Shown here: piece after piece, positions 63,015-64,000 of the stretch
Numbering within the stretch: position 1 is the first letter of the stretch
How the letters are laid out: each line of letters opens with the position of its first letter
NCBI GenBank assembly: GCA_965235115.1
Contig: OZ249436.1
Span: forward strand, 4,838,001-4,902,000
Origin: Laetmonice hystrix
Lineage: Eukaryota
Direction: 5' to 3'
Length of the DNA: 64,000 bases
The notes under the pieces: generated by a model
The model's input: only the letters and a program-made list of their open reading frames with translations
Database searches by the model: none
What the model was told of the DNA's origin: nothing
Made by a program: the position numbers and the translations under genes

Positions 63015-64000
63015 AGCCCTGTGTGAGATCTGTGCTCGTTATCATGGTAATAAATGACGTCAGAGAGCTCTTACTGATAGCTCTGTGTTCGTTGTCATGG
63101 TAATGAATGACGTCAGAGAGCTATTACTGTTAGCTCTGTGTCCATTGTCATGGTAATGACCTAACCCTGTGTGAGCTTTGTGTTCGTTGTCATGGTAATG
63201 AATGACGTCAGAGATCTCTGTGTTCGTTATCATGGTAATGAATGACGTCAGAGATATTACTGTTAGCTGTGTGCCCATTGTCATGGTAATGACCTAGCCC
63301 TGTGTGAGCTTTGTGTTCGGTGTCATGGTAATGAATGACGTCAGAGATCTCTGTGTTCGTTATCATGGTAATGAATGACGTCAGAGAGATATTACTGTTA
63401 GCTGTGTGCCCATTGTCATGGTAATGACCTAACCCTGTGTGAGCTCTGTGTTCGTTGTCATGGTAATGAATGACGTCAGAGAGCTCTTACTGATAGCTCT
63501 GTGTTCGTTGTCATGGTAATGAATGACGTCAGAGAGCTATTACTGATAGCTCTGTGTTCGTTGTCATGGTAATGAATGACGTCAGAGAGCTCTTACTGAT
63601 AGCTCTGTGTTCGTTGTCATGGTAATGAATGACGTCAGAGAGCTCTTACTGATAGCTCTGTGTTCGTTGTCATGGTAATGAATGACGTCAGAGAGCTATT
63701 ACTGTTAGCTCTGTGTCCATTGTCATGGTAATGACCTAGCCCTGTGTGAGCTTTGTGTTCGGTGTCATGGTAATGAATGACGTCAGAGAGCTCTGTGTTC
63801 GTTATCATGGTAATGAATGACGTCAGAGAGCTCTGTGTTGTTATCATGGTAATGAATGACGTCAGAGAGCTCTGTGTTGTTATCATGGTAATGAATGACG
63901 TCAGAGAGATATTACTGTTAGCTGTGTGCCCATTGTCATGGTAATGACCTAACCCTGTGTGAGTTCTGTGTTCGTTGTCATGGTAATGAATGACGTCAGA
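63015..64000. repeat. Modular satellite carrying TGACGTCA, runs off the window end
   Basis: Modules ctctgtgttcgttgtcatggtaatgaatgacgtcagagag. Diverged copies at 61890-61929 and 62182-62262. Confidence 0.93.

Overview
Eukaryotic, repeat-rich genomic DNA, probably from an invertebrate animal (inferred from intron sizes and the repeat landscape). The only host coding sequence I can support is four + strand GT-AG exons of a sorting nexin-27 (SNX27)-like gene: 35656-35738, 43429-43577, 60463-60655 and 61526-61605. They splice in frame and encode the PDZ C-terminus, the linker and the PX domain. The rest is apparently intronic: about 30 minisatellite arrays, several MITEs, and two DIRS1-type tyrosine-recombinase retrotransposons (28402-35378 and 46648-52619) with complete ITR, internal complementary region (ICR) and right-extension architecture but decayed ORFs. 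Main observations: (1) the splice acceptor plus the first 107 nt of one SNX27 exon is present as four tandem 146-bp copies, and any upstream acceptor gives a premature stop; (2) both DIRS have near-identical ITRs around broken ORFs, suggesting mobilisation in trans; (3) one DIRS empty site can be rebuilt exactly from the satellite it interrupts, showing no target duplication; (4) the DIRS termini carry U1-complementary splice donors, one about 0.3 kb upstream of a host exon; (5) a GATC-dense tract lies in one DIRS; (6) a MITE is inserted in inverted orientation into another copy of itself. Most long ORFs in the supplied track are satellite artefacts.
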